Both the position numbers and the translations under genes were made by a program. Below, piece by piece: positions 39,633 through 49,620 of a DNA stretch of 64,000 nucleotides. Location of the stretch: contig JAHFGV010000006.1 in the NCBI GenBank assembly GCA_023247255.1, forward strand, positions 14,231 to 78,230. Reading direction: 5' to 3'. The first letter of the stretch is position 1. Each line of letters starts with the position of its first letter. The notes under the pieces are model-generated. The model was not told where the DNA came from. It worked only from the letters and a program-made list of their open reading frames with translations, and did no database searches. Source of the DNA: Candidatus Omnitrophota bacterium. Lineage in GTDB: Bacteria > Omnitrophota > Gorgyraeia > Aquiviventales > Aquiviventaceae.

Positions 39633-40851
39633 GGTTATCAGCTCCAAACCTGTTTTTAGCCATCCAGCGCTTGCGCTTTATGGAGGAACACCGATCAGGA
39701 CTCGGTTTTTGCCCTATGGGCATCAATCGATCGATGAGAGCGCTATCCAGGCGGTCGTCCAGGTGCTTCGTTCTGATTGGATCACCACAGGCCCAAAGAT
39801 TGCGGAATTCGAAGAGGCTATTGCGGCCGTTGTTGGAGCGCGGCAAGCCGTTGTGTTTAGCTCTGGAACTGCCGCTTTGCACGCCGCAGCTTTCGCGGCA
39901 GATCTTGAGCCTGGGCAGGAGGCGATCACAACGCCGCTTACGTTTTGCGCAACAGCCAATTGTATGCTCTATCAGGGAGCAAGACCTATTTTCGCTGACG
40001 TCTGTCCTGATACGCTTCTGATTGATCCCTGTGAGGTGGCTCAACGCATCACGCCTCGCACGAAAGCAATCCTTCCCGTCGACTACGCAGGGCATCCCGC
40101 GGCGTTAGGGGAATTCATGGAGCTAGCCAACCGTCATGGGCTTGTGATCATCGAAGACGCGACTCATGCCCTGGGAGCCACACATAAAGGGCGCAGGGTT
40201 GGAAGCATCGCGCACATGACGGTATTTAGCTTCCATCCAGTGAAGCACATCACGACAGGAGAAGGGGGCGCTGTCACCACAGACAATGTCCAGCTTGCCC
40301 ATCGGCTACGGAAGTTTCGGAATCATGGAATCGACTACGACCCACAGCTTCGTCAACACCACGGAACCTGGTATTACGAAATGGTGGAGCTTGGATATAA
40401 TTACCGATTGACGGATATCGGCTGTGCGCTTGGGCTTTCACAGTTGCGATCCCTTGAGGCGAATCTTGCCAGACGACGCGCTCTAGCGGACCGGTATACA
40501 GCGGCCTTAGCCGATCTTCCTGGCTTGACTCCCCCGGTGGTTCATACAGACGTTGAACCCGCATGGCATCTGTATCCTGTTCGGCTTGAATTAGCGAAAC
40601 TGCGCGTGGGGCGGGAAGAAATCTTTCGGGCTTTGCGCGCGGAGAATATCGGCGTCAACGTGCATTACATCCCCGTGCATCTTCATCCCTACTATCGCGC
40701 TCGATTCGGATATCGTGGGGGGGAATACCCCGTGGCTGAAATGGCCTACGAGCAATTGATCAGCCTGCCGATGTTTCCTGGCATGAGCGACTCAGATATC
40801 GAGGACGTCATCGAAGCACTGAGAAAGGTCATGAGCTACTATGCCCGGTGA
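39622..40851 (+). CDS. pseC: UDP-4-keto-6-deoxy-HexNAc aminotransferase
   Basis: LPYGHQSID, PVDYAG, SFHPVKHITTGEGG, LGYNYR, VNVHYIP. Confidence 0.9.
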   Translation: MATEVISSKPVFSHPALALYGGTPIRTRFLPYGHQSIDESAIQAVVQVLRSDWITTGPKIAEFEEAIAAVVGARQAVVFSSGTAALHAAAFAADLEPGQEAITTPLTFCATANCMLYQGARPIFADVCPDTLLIDPCEVAQRITPRTKAILPVDYAGHPAALGEFMELANRHGLVIIEDATHALGATHKGRRVGSIAHMTVFSFHPVKHITTGEGGAVTTDNVQLAHRLRKFRNHGIDYDPQLRQHHGTWYYEMVELGYNYRLTDIGCALGLSQLRSLEANLARRRALADRYTAALADLPGLTPPVVHTDVEPAWHLYPVRLELAKLRVGREEIFRALRAENIGVNVHYIPVHLHPYYRARFGYRGGEYPVAEMAYEQLISLPMFPGMSDSDIEDVIEALRKVMSYYAR

Positions 40852-40957
40852 TTCCTAAGGACATTGCCTTGCGCTTGTGGCTCGTTTGTTCACGAGCATC
40901 CACATTGTGCCTGGCATGACCGTGTGGTATTTTGAAACATACGAGAGGGGATGAAAC

Positions 40958-41950
40958 ATGTCTGTCGAGATCATCGCGGAAGTTGCGCAAGGCTACGCAG
41001 GCGATCCAACGCTCGCACGGCTGCTTGCACGCTCAGCTGTACTTGCCGGAGCCGATGCCGTGAAATTTCAACTCGTCTATGCCGATGAGTTGGCCACGCC
41101 TAATTACCCCTATTACGCCCGATTCCAAAAACTCCAGATGCCCCAGGACGCCTGGCACTGTGTCGTGCAAGAAGTTCGGGCAGGGAAACGGCGGCTCTAT
41201 CTCGACGTCTTTGGCGAGCGCAGTCTTGGCGAAGCCAAAGCCATGGGTGCTGACGGAGTGAAGATTCACAGCACCGATTTCTTCAACGACGACTTGGTGC
41301 GCGAGGCGCTGGCGTGCATGAGCCGCGTTTTTGTATCGCTCGGGGGTATTAGCGCGGATGAATTAGAGGAATTCCTGCACAGGCACCATCTGAGACCGAG
41401 TGATTCCCTCTGTCTGCTCTACGGATTCCAGGGATTTCCAACACCGATTGACTCCAACCATCTGCAGCGACTAGGTACCTTACGAGTGCGATTCCCAGGG
41501 TATCCGTTCGGGTTCATGGATCACACAGACGGTAGCGATGAGGAAACCATGACCGTTTCCTTGGTAGCGTTGGCGTATGGCGTGCAGTGTATCGAAAAGC
41601 ACATCACACTGGATCGCACCCTGCAACTAGAAGATTACATCTCGGCGCTTGACGGGGAGCACTTTCGTCACTTCGTGCAGCGTGTGCGCCAGCTGGAGAG
41701 CGCTTTGGGAACGGAGTCGCTAGAGCTGAGCGCACCTGAGTGGGAATACCGACGCAAAGCCGTGAAGACCATCGTTGCAAAACAGCATCTTAAGCAGGGC
41801 GATGTGGTGACACTCAATCAACTGTGCTTCAAGCGGGCAGCAGAGAAGAGTTCCGAAACATCGATCTACCGGCTCGATGAGGCAGTAGGCCGGACGCTAG
41901 TGGCCGACGTCGCCCCAAACCAATCACTGACCCGGGAAATGGTTCGATGA
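40958..41950 (+). CDS. Divergent NeuB-family synthase with SAF domain
   Basis: IIAEV, GADAVKFQ, GFMDHT, IEKHITLDR; several usual motifs are altered. Confidence 0.82.
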   Translation: MSVEIIAEVAQGYAGDPTLARLLARSAVLAGADAVKFQLVYADELATPNYPYYARFQKLQMPQDAWHCVVQEVRAGKRRLYLDVFGERSLGEAKAMGADGVKIHSTDFFNDDLVREALACMSRVFVSLGGISADELEEFLHRHHLRPSDSLCLLYGFQGFPTPIDSNHLQRLGTLRVRFPGYPFGFMDHTDGSDEETMTVSLVALAYGVQCIEKHITLDRTLQLEDYISALDGEHFRHFVQRVRQLESALGTESLELSAPEWEYRRKAVKTIVAKQHLKQGDVVTLNQLCFKRAAEKSSETSIYRLDEAVGRTLVADVAPNQSLTREMVR

Positions 41951-42831
41951 GACGACTCGTCGCGACTCTCGCCTGCCGAGTGCAGGGCAGTCGGCTTTAC
42001 GGCAAGCCGCTGCAGCATTTGGATGTAGAGAACAGGGTGACGATTTTAGAGCACCTGATTAGTCTTATCCAGACGCTGCCATGCATCGAGGCTGTAGTCT
42101 TGGGCATCGCTCGAGGAGTAGAGAATGAACCGTTTCGGGACATCGCACGACGCCGGGGCATTGCCTTCATCATGGGAGATCAGCGGGACGTTTTGCAGCG
42201 GTTGATTCAGTGTGGGCGCAAGGCCCGTGGCACCGATGTGTTTCGGGTCACGACGGAGTCGCCGTTTTTCTACTACGAAGTCGTTGCGGACGCCTGGCGA
42301 CGACACATCGAAGCAGGCAATGACGTGACTACCTTCGACGGGGTACCCGCGGGCTCGTTTTTCGAAATCTATAGTCTCGAAGCCTTGGAGCGATCACACC
42401 GACTGGGGGATAAGAGGCATCGGTCTGAATATTGCAGCCTCTATGTCCGTGAACATCTCAAGGACTTTCAAGTTGAGGTGTTACCGATTCCTCCAGAGCT
42501 TGAACGCCTGGATCTGCGCTTCACGGTCGACTACCCGGAGGATCTGGTAGTCTGCCGTCAGGTGTACGAACATTTCAAAGCCCAGGCGCCACGCCTGCCT
42601 CTTCGCGACATTATTCGGTATGTAGATAGCCAGCCTCAGTTGAAAGCCCTAGTAGTACCCTATGTCGTCTCAAAACGACTCTGGTTTCTTCCCAGCCGTG
42701 AGCCAACTTGCTCTGCCGCCACCTGGTCTGCCGGTCAGAACCAGGCATCTAGCAATCTTAGCAGGCTGCGGAAAAACGCCACGCTTGCTCAAGGCTCGAG
42801 GCTTTTGGCTAGAGATCCAACGAATCGTTGA
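41947..42831 (+). CDS. SpsF/PseF-like cytidylyltransferase family protein
   Basis: CRVQGSRLYGKPL, DVLQR, LRFTVDYPED; C-terminal tail runs into repeat DNA. Confidence 0.82.
   Translation: MRRLVATLACRVQGSRLYGKPLQHLDVENRVTILEHLISLIQTLPCIEAVVLGIARGVENEPFRDIARRRGIAFIMGDQRDVLQRLIQCGRKARGTDVFRVTTESPFFYYEVVADAWRRHIEAGNDVTTFDGVPAGSFFEIYSLEALERSHRLGDKRHRSEYCSLYVREHLKDFQVEVLPIPPELERLDLRFTVDYPEDLVVCRQVYEHFKAQAPRLPLRDIIRYVDSQPQLKALVVPYVVSKRLWFLPSREPTCSAATWSAGQNQASSNLSRLRKNATLAQGSRLLARDPTNR
42759..42777 (+). repeat. Lone family C terminal repeat
   Basis: TAGCAGGCTGCGGAAAAAC, the exact reverse complement of 51514-51532. Confidence 0.8.
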
Positions 42832-42909
42832 TTGTCAATCGTCGATTGTCGATTTGTTGGTAGTAAAATGTGGAGTGCCACTGCGAGACGCTCGTCGGCT
42901 TCGTAGAGG
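42824..42909. repeat. Family B heptamer arm followed by family E repeat
   Basis: ATCGTTG ATTGTCA ATCGTCG ATTGTCG, then GTGGAGTGCCACTGCGAGACGCTCGTCGGCTTCGTAGAGG. Confidence 0.7.
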
Positions 42910-42932
42910 ACTGACTCAACAAGGTAAACCAG

Positions 42933-43988
42933 ATGGTTTCGCATATCCAAATCGGAGAACGTCGGGTGGGTCAAGGTGAGTCCGCCTACATCATTGCCGA
43001 AGCGGGGGCCAACCACGACCGCGACCTGAAGATTGCGCACCGGTTAATCGACGTCGCAGCCGAGGCAGGGGTGGACGCAGTGAAATTTCAGACCTACCGC
43101 GCTGAAACGTTGTACTCGCGTTTCACCCCTCGTCTAAAAGAGATGGATGAATTTAACCGTTCCCCTGCTGGAGAAACGCCATTTGAACTCATTAAACGCA
43201 TCGAGCTGCCGTGGGAGTGGCAGGCAGAGTTGCATGATCACGCGGTGGATCGGGGTATCGATTTCCTGTCCACGCCCTTTGATCTTGAAGCGGTGGATGA
43301 GCTTGCGAAGTTTGGCGTGAAAGCGTTCAAGATCGCGTCGTATGAAATCGTCTACTACGCCCTATTGAGGGCAGCGGCTAAGTATCAACGTCCCCTGATT
43401 GTCTCGACTGGAAACAGTAGCTTGGCCGATGTGGAGCTAGCGGTGATGACGATCCGTGAGACCGGGAATCACCAACTCATTTTGCTGCATTGTATCAGCC
43501 AATATCCGGCCCGGTTTGAGGACCTGAACCTGCGTGCTATGCAAACGCTCGCCCACGCATTTGCTATGCCTGTGGGGTTCTCCGATCATACCCTTGACAA
43601 CACAGCAGCTGTGCTTGCAGTTGGGCTTGGGGCGTGCTGTTTTGAAAAACACTTCACCCTCGATCGCCGTCGTAGAGGACCCGATCACCCAAGTGCGCTT
43701 GAACCGGACGAGCTGGGTAAATACGTCCAAGCGATTCGAAATGCGGAGAAGGCCTTGGGTTCTTCAGTGAAACAAGTGCAGCCCTCAGAGGAGGAAAACC
43801 ACAGACTGGGTCGGCGAAGTCTTCATGCCTTAGTGGATATCTCGGAAGGAACCCGCATTACGGCAAAGATGTTGACGGTTAAACGCCCTGCCTTGGGCAT
43901 TCCTCCAAGCCAAGAGCCTCTCGTGATAGGGCGAGTCGCCAAACGAGATATTCGCGCCGATGAGTGGATCACATGGGAAATGATCTGA
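42933..43988 (+). CDS. NeuB/SpsE-family nonulosonate synthase
   Basis: AEAGANH, AVKFQ, STPFD, KIASYE, LHCISQYP, GFSDHT, EKHFTL. Confidence 0.92.
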   Translation: MVSHIQIGERRVGQGESAYIIAEAGANHDRDLKIAHRLIDVAAEAGVDAVKFQTYRAETLYSRFTPRLKEMDEFNRSPAGETPFELIKRIELPWEWQAELHDHAVDRGIDFLSTPFDLEAVDELAKFGVKAFKIASYEIVYYALLRAAAKYQRPLIVSTGNSSLADVELAVMTIRETGNHQLILLHCISQYPARFEDLNLRAMQTLAHAFAMPVGFSDHTLDNTAAVLAVGLGACCFEKHFTLDRRRRGPDHPSALEPDELGKYVQAIRNAEKALGSSVKQVQPSEEENHRLGRRSLHALVDISEGTRITAKMLTVKRPALGIPPSQEPLVIGRVAKRDIRADEWITWEMI

Positions 43989-44039
43989 TGGGTCTTGCGT
44001 TGGAAAAACTGGAACTTCCTTCAAGAAAACAAGCGTAAG

Positions 44040-44918
44040 ATGGCGTTGAGCGTGGTCATCACCGGGGCCTCTGGTTTTTTGGGTCAGGCCTTACTCGATA
44101 CAGTCACCACGAAGTGGCCCACGGCCAAGGTCTACCCACTCCATTCGCCCCGAGCCGGGGGCATCGATCTGGCGCACCCAGATGCGCCGGATCAATTGGC
44201 GGCCACGATCCATTTGTCAGACCCCGGCGAGACCATCTTGATCCATGCTGCAGCGAAAATCGCCTGGGATAGCCCGGATGGCTTACTGGACAATGCCGCG
44301 ATGGCGATTCATGTCGCCGCGTGGGCGCAAACTGCAAGGATTGGTTTTTGTGTGCTGGTGAGCACGGTGAGCGTGTATGCGCCCCTTACAGCAACTGATG
44401 TCCAGACGCCGTGCAAGCCCACGACGATGTATGGCCTTGGAAAATGGGCCGCGGAGGAAGTCTGGCGTCTGCGGGTGCCGGAAAAGCGCAGCGCCATTGT
44501 CCGGTTGGCTGGGCTCTGGGGATGGCAGCGTATGTCCACGTTATTTTGGAACCGCCTCCTTTTGGCGGCGGGGCAGGGGTCTGCGGCTGCCGAGCGGTCT
44601 GTGGTCTATCGAAGCCGAAGTGTCCGAAACTACATCTCTGTCCATGAAGCCAGCGACTGCCTCCTCCAAGTTGGGACAAACCGCATGAGTGGACTATTCC
44701 TTGGCGCCGGGCGGGATCCTGTCACCACCGGCTCCTTTGTCCAGGCACTCCAAGCACTGTCCGACTCCAGGCTCTGTGTGGATTGGGCGGACGATGGAGG
44801 AACGGATGAGCGCCTCTATCATCCAAGCCCCGAGCTGCTCCCGTGTCTTGCGCCCTTTCCGGAAGTGCTCTCGCGTGTGTGGTCCAAGCAGCCGGATTGG
44901 GTCTTGCAACGCTCATGA
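44040..44918 (+). CDS. Divergent NAD-dependent epimerase/reductase (SDR)
   Basis: ITGASGFLG, STVSVY, YGLGK. Confidence 0.78.
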   Translation: MALSVVITGASGFLGQALLDTVTTKWPTAKVYPLHSPRAGGIDLAHPDAPDQLAATIHLSDPGETILIHAAAKIAWDSPDGLLDNAAMAIHVAAWAQTARIGFCVLVSTVSVYAPLTATDVQTPCKPTTMYGLGKWAAEEVWRLRVPEKRSAIVRLAGLWGWQRMSTLFWNRLLLAAGQGSAAAERSVVYRSRSVRNYISVHEASDCLLQVGTNRMSGLFLGAGRDPVTTGSFVQALQALSDSRLCVDWADDGGTDERLYHPSPELLPCLAPFPEVLSRVWSKQPDWVLQRS

Positions 44919-45607
44919 AAATCGGACTCATGTCAGACATCCATGGGAACAGTCCTGCGCTGGAAGCAGTGCTTCCAGTGCTGTTCGCTGAGACGGATCA
45001 GGTGTTCTTCTTGGGCGATTTATGTGGATATTACCCATTCGTGGAGGAGTGCATCGCCCTCTGGGATCACGAGCGGGTTGTCGGCGTTCGCGGCAACCAT
45101 GATCAGATACTCCTGGACTGCCTTCAACATCACACCCCTCCTCCGACAACTTACCAAACCCGATATGGATCGGCGTTGGCACGAACCCTTCAACAGATCT
45201 CTCCCTCCTCAGTGGCACTTCTCCAGGGACTTCCGATTTCTCGAACGCTCACGATCAATGGCAAGGTCCTTGCGCTCTACCATGGAACACCTTGGGACCC
45301 ATTGGAAGGTCGCTTGTACCCAAACGATGACCACCTCGATCGCCTGGTGGATCTGCCTGCGGATATCATCCTGTTAGGTCATACCCACTACCCTTTCACC
45401 AGACGGTATCAGGACAAACTGATTGTGAATCCAGGTTCAGTGGGACAACCTCGGGATCGAAGCGGCGCCAGTGTGGCGATTCTGGATCTAGCAACAGAAG
45501 TGGTGGAACACCGTCGTGTGTTATTCAGTCCTCAGCGACTCATTGATGATGCGCGGCAGCATGATCCTGGAGTGCCGTACTTGGTCGAGGTGTTGACCCG
45601 GCGATGA
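44915..45607 (+). CDS. Metallophosphoesterase
   Basis: SDIHGN, LGDL, RGNHD, GHTH, NPGSVGQPRD. Confidence 0.92.
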   Translation: MKIGLMSDIHGNSPALEAVLPVLFAETDQVFFLGDLCGYYPFVEECIALWDHERVVGVRGNHDQILLDCLQHHTPPPTTYQTRYGSALARTLQQISPSSVALLQGLPISRTLTINGKVLALYHGTPWDPLEGRLYPNDDHLDRLVDLPADIILLGHTHYPFTRRYQDKLIVNPGSVGQPRDRSGASVAILDLATEVVEHRRVLFSPQRLIDDARQHDPGVPYLVEVLTRR

Positions 45608-46644
45608 CAGAAGCCATTCAGGTGCTTGTCACAGGCGTTGGAGGCGATTTAGGTCAGGCGTTGGTGAAGGCCTTGCGGCTCAGCACGAGGCCGATCGTGT
45701 GTCATGGGAGCGATGCGGATGAGGCAGGCGTTGGGGCTGTATTTGTGGAGAGTTTTCAGATACTCCCACGGGCAGAAGATCCGAGTTATGTCAACGTGTT
45801 AGACCGGGTTTGTGGTGCCTTGGGTGTTGACGTGGTGATTCCTGGGAGTGAGCAAGAGATCGCTGTCTTGAGTCAACTGGGTCAGCCACCCCGGCTGCCG
45901 TCCGGCATTCGAGTCATCTGCCAGCAGTGGAGCTGGATCGAACGCTACGGTGACAAACTCACGTGTATGCAAACACTCACTGGGCATGTTGAGCTGTCGC
46001 CATTTGCGGACGGCGCTGATCGTCAGGCAGTGGCCGATGTCATTCAGCAAGTCGGATTCCCGGTGGTGGTGAAGTCTCGCCGCTCCAGAGGATCGCGAAG
46101 CCTACGCGTGGTCCACGATCAGCCAGAGCTGGACCGAGCGCTCAAGGCCACATCGCTTCCACTTCTCCAGGCTTTCCTCGATGACTCAGGTGGAGAATTT
46201 TCAGTGGGGGTTTTTGCGTGCGAGCCATTTTCGTCAGCCATTGCCTTCAAGCGCCAGTTGGGTCCCAGCGGGTGTTCTTGGTTTGCCCAGACCTCAACGG
46301 ATGCATCGGTCCTGGACTACGCCATGGCAATTGCTCGACTCTCCCACCTCAAAGGGAGCGCGAACATTCAGGTCCGAAAAACGTCACAGGGGGTTCGACT
46401 GCTTGAAGTCAACCCGCGCTTTTCCAGTCTCGTTGCGGCGAGAGCCGCTTGCGGATTTCGGGATGTGGAGTGGGCAATCGAGTTGGCCTTGGGGCGGAGT
46501 CTTGAGCAACCCGATGGGGAATTTCGGCATCTTCGCTTCCGTCGTTTCTTTCATGAACTGGTGGATGTCGGGGAGGGTTTCAAGGCGGTTGCCCAATGGT
46601 CCCCGAGGGAAATGCCGATGGCGTGTTGGAGGGTTAAGCGGTGA
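45604..46644 (+). CDS. ATP-grasp ligase
   Basis: VLVTGVGG, IPGSE, DK, FPVVVK, EFSVG, LEVNPRFS. Confidence 0.85.
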   Translation: MTEAIQVLVTGVGGDLGQALVKALRLSTRPIVCHGSDADEAGVGAVFVESFQILPRAEDPSYVNVLDRVCGALGVDVVIPGSEQEIAVLSQLGQPPRLPSGIRVICQQWSWIERYGDKLTCMQTLTGHVELSPFADGADRQAVADVIQQVGFPVVVKSRRSRGSRSLRVVHDQPELDRALKATSLPLLQAFLDDSGGEFSVGVFACEPFSSAIAFKRQLGPSGCSWFAQTSTDASVLDYAMAIARLSHLKGSANIQVRKTSQGVRLLEVNPRFSSLVAARAACGFRDVEWAIELALGRSLEQPDGEFRHLRFRRFFHELVDVGEGFKAVAQWSPREMPMACWRVKR

Positions 46645-47693
46645 GGGCGTCTTTAGTCCTTCGGGCGGATGGCGGTCCACGTATTGGAGCGGGCCATGTG
46701 ATGCGCTGTTTGGCTCTGGCGCAGGCGTGGCAAGATACTGGCGGGCAGGCGGTATTTGTCATGGCCGAGCCCACCCCCACGCTGGAGGCACGAGTGCAAG
46801 CCGAAGGTATGCAGGTTATCAGGATTTCCGCAACACCTGGGAGCCATGATGATGCTTGCCAAACGGTTCGGCTGGCGCGACACCTCGATGCCTCCTGGGT
46901 TGTAGTGGACAGCTACCAGTGGGACACTGTGTCCCAGCGAATCGTAAAGGATGCGGGTCTGAGACTTTTGGTCATGGATGATATGGGTCAGGTGGGACGT
47001 TATGAGGCGGACTTGATCCTCAACCAGAACTTGCATGCCCACGAAGGACTTTATGCGAACCGACCCTCTACCTGTGAGCTCTTGTTGGGAGGGGAGTATG
47101 TCTTGTTACGAAGAGAATTTCTCCAATGGCAGGAATGGAGGCGGGAGATTCCTAGCGTTGGGCGCAATCTGCTGATCATGTTGGGTGGCAGTGATCCAGA
47201 AAATCTGACGCTTCGCTTGATCGAGGCGTTTCACACTATGGAGATCGAAAAGATTCAGGTAGTAGTAGTCATCGGAGGCATGAATCCGTACTATTCTCAA
47301 TTACAGGAAGTTATTAGGAGTTGTCGGGTTCCGATCCGGTTGGAACGTGAGGTGACACGGATGGCGGAGTTGATGGCGTGGGCCGACGTAGCCATTTCCT
47401 CAGGAGGCACGACCGTTTGGGAATGTGCCTTTATGGGGCTGCCCACTATTGTCGGTGTCATCGCAGAGGTTGAGGATTATCTAGTGAGTGGGCTCCGGAG
47501 GCATGGACTCTTTCTGCATCTAGGCTGGTTTAGAGAAACACCGGTGGAACAGCTTATGAACCTGCTGACGGTATTGACGAATGACCAACTGCAGCGTCAA
47601 CATATGAGCGAGCTCGGCCGACGACTTATCAACGGTCAGGGGTGCCAGAGAGTACTCGGAAGGATAAGGAATGGGAAGTCCGCTGACTGGTAA
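46641..47693 (+). CDS. pseG: UDP-sugar hydrolase, PseG-like
   Basis: RADGG..IGAGHVMRCLALA, VVDSY, LGGSD, MAELMAWAD..GGTT. Confidence 0.88.
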   Translation: MRASLVLRADGGPRIGAGHVMRCLALAQAWQDTGGQAVFVMAEPTPTLEARVQAEGMQVIRISATPGSHDDACQTVRLARHLDASWVVVDSYQWDTVSQRIVKDAGLRLLVMDDMGQVGRYEADLILNQNLHAHEGLYANRPSTCELLLGGEYVLLRREFLQWQEWRREIPSVGRNLLIMLGGSDPENLTLRLIEAFHTMEIEKIQVVVVIGGMNPYYSQLQEVIRSCRVPIRLEREVTRMAELMAWADVAISSGGTTVWECAFMGLPTIVGVIAEVEDYLVSGLRRHGLFLHLGWFRETPVEQLMNLLTVLTNDQLQRQHMSELGRRLINGQGCQRVLGRIRNGKSADW

Positions 47694-48627
47694 GCGTATT
47701 CTTGTAACGGGCTCATCGGGGGTTATTGGACGTGAGCTTCTGACTCTGCTGGCCAACACCGACGCCGAGATTCTTTCGGTGGATCGCTCTCCCCTTCCGA
47801 CAGTGCTGGGTGAGCGCGTGCAGCATCTACAGCGTGATATCGTAGCCGATCCGTTGGAGGCCCTTGGTCGCTTTCGTCCCCACTGCTTCTTTCATCTGGC
47901 AGCGGCGTTTGAGCGCTCCAAGGAATCTCCCGCATTCTGGAATACGAATTGGCAGGACAACGTCGTGCTCAGCCATCGGCTTCTTGAAGCGGTGAAGGCC
48001 TGTGACGAGTTGGCGGTGTTGGTCTTTGCCTCGAGTTACTTGGTTTACTCGCCGGCGCAGTATTTGTTTCCCGATGCCAGGCCGCATGCTGTGCGGTTGC
48101 CTGAACAGGGCACGGTGACACCACGCAATCTCTGTGGCGCGGCGAAGTACTATACGGAGCAGGAAATCGACTTTGTCAAAGCGTATTTCCGCCCTTCGCT
48201 TCGGACGGTCCATGCCCGAATATTTCGCGTCTACGGATGCGGGTCGAGAGATGTGATTTCCCGATGGGTGCGCGCCGGACTCGATGGCCAGCCAATCGAG
48301 ATGTACAACTCCCAGAATCGCTTTGATTTTATCTTCGCCCGTGACGTAGCTGAAGGGCTCATGAAGTTGGCTGAATGCCCCCAAGCGAAAGGCGCCGTCA
48401 ACATTGGGACCGGCTCCTCACGGAGCATCCATGAGATGGCGGCCCTCCTAAGTGAACAGCTACCTGTCATTCGATCGCTGATCCGAGACACTGGACAACG
48501 GGAAGACATCGAAGCCAGTTGCGCAGACACGACGAACCTTGCGGCGCTCACCGGCTGGACGCCCCCCACGACGTTAGAAAAGGGACTCGGAGCACTGGTA
48601 GAGTTTGAGCGACAGCCAAGGCTCTAA
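47671..48627 (+). CDS. NAD-dependent epimerase/dehydratase (catalytic Tyr apparently replaced)
   Basis: VTGSSGVIG, FHLAA, SSYLVY; NLCGAAK where YxxxK is expected. Confidence 0.8.
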   Translation: MGSPLTGKRILVTGSSGVIGRELLTLLANTDAEILSVDRSPLPTVLGERVQHLQRDIVADPLEALGRFRPHCFFHLAAAFERSKESPAFWNTNWQDNVVLSHRLLEAVKACDELAVLVFASSYLVYSPAQYLFPDARPHAVRLPEQGTVTPRNLCGAAKYYTEQEIDFVKAYFRPSLRTVHARIFRVYGCGSRDVISRWVRAGLDGQPIEMYNSQNRFDFIFARDVAEGLMKLAECPQAKGAVNIGTGSSRSIHEMAALLSEQLPVIRSLIRDTGQREDIEASCADTTNLAALTGWTPPTTLEKGLGALVEFERQPRL

Positions 48628-48645
48628 CCGCTTGACGTGCATTCC

Positions 48646-49620
48646 ATGAACATCCTAATTACCAGCGCCTCCAGGAAAGTCAGCTTGATTAAGAGCTTTC
48701 AGGAGGCGCTTAGAGAAGAAGGGAACGGGCAAGTCATCGCAGTCGATGTCAGTGCACTTGCTCCAGCCCTCTACTTTGCCGATACGCATTACCTCGTGCC
48801 ACACTCCAATGAACCTGAGTTTCTTAAGGTATTGGTCTGTCTCTGCCAGCAGCATGAGGTTCGGTTGGTGGTTCCGACTCGGGATGAGGAACTCGCGGTG
48901 TTTGCACGACATCGCGAGCGGTTCGCAGAAGTCGGGACCACGGTGCTGGTTCCCAGCGAGAAGACGGTAAACATCTGCCAAGACAAACACGCCTTCGTAA
49001 GGTTCTGTCACCAGCATGGGTTTGCCACTCCCGTGAGCTATGACCTGACCAATCTACCTGCCCAGCTTTCTTTCCCTCTATTTGTGCGACCACGGACTGG
49101 AAAGGGAGGACGACAGGCAGTGCCGGTTGATTCACAACAGCAGCTTGAGCTACTCTGCAGGCAAATCAACGCTCCACTTGTGCAGGAGTTTCTGTCTTGC
49201 GCCGAATACACCGTAGATGTGTTTGCCGATTTCTCAGGAAGGGTGATCTCTTCGGTACCACGGGAACGCCTTACTGTCGTTGGAGGAGAGGCTGTCGTGA
49301 GCCGAACTTCCAAAAATCCCCTGCTGATTGACGAAGCGACCCGTCTGGCTACCGCGCTGGAGTTGATCGGTCACAACACGATTCAATGTTTCCTAGACAA
49401 TGACAAAGTGAAATTCATCGAGGTTAATCCGCGGTTTGGGGGAGCGGCGCATCTGGGATTCGCGGCCGGGGCACCGACCCCACAATTTTTGGTCAAGCTG
49501 CTTAAAGGTGAAGCGCTTACACCCAATCTCGGCACCTTTCGGGATAATTACGTCATGCTGCGCTACGGTGAGGATTTCTTCCTAGAAGGTGAGGCGGTCA
49601 TCGAGCAGAACTTCCAATGA
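48646..49620 (+). CDS. ATP-grasp ligase
   Basis: NILITSA, PTRDEEL, CQDK, EYTVD, IEVNPRFGG. Confidence 0.88.
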   Translation: MNILITSASRKVSLIKSFQEALREEGNGQVIAVDVSALAPALYFADTHYLVPHSNEPEFLKVLVCLCQQHEVRLVVPTRDEELAVFARHRERFAEVGTTVLVPSEKTVNICQDKHAFVRFCHQHGFATPVSYDLTNLPAQLSFPLFVRPRTGKGGRQAVPVDSQQQLELLCRQINAPLVQEFLSCAEYTVDVFADFSGRVISSVPRERLTVVGGEAVVSRTSKNPLLIDEATRLATALELIGHNTIQCFLDNDKVKFIEVNPRFGGAAHLGFAAGAPTPQFLVKLLKGEALTPNLGTFRDNYVMLRYGEDFFLEGEAVIEQNFQ

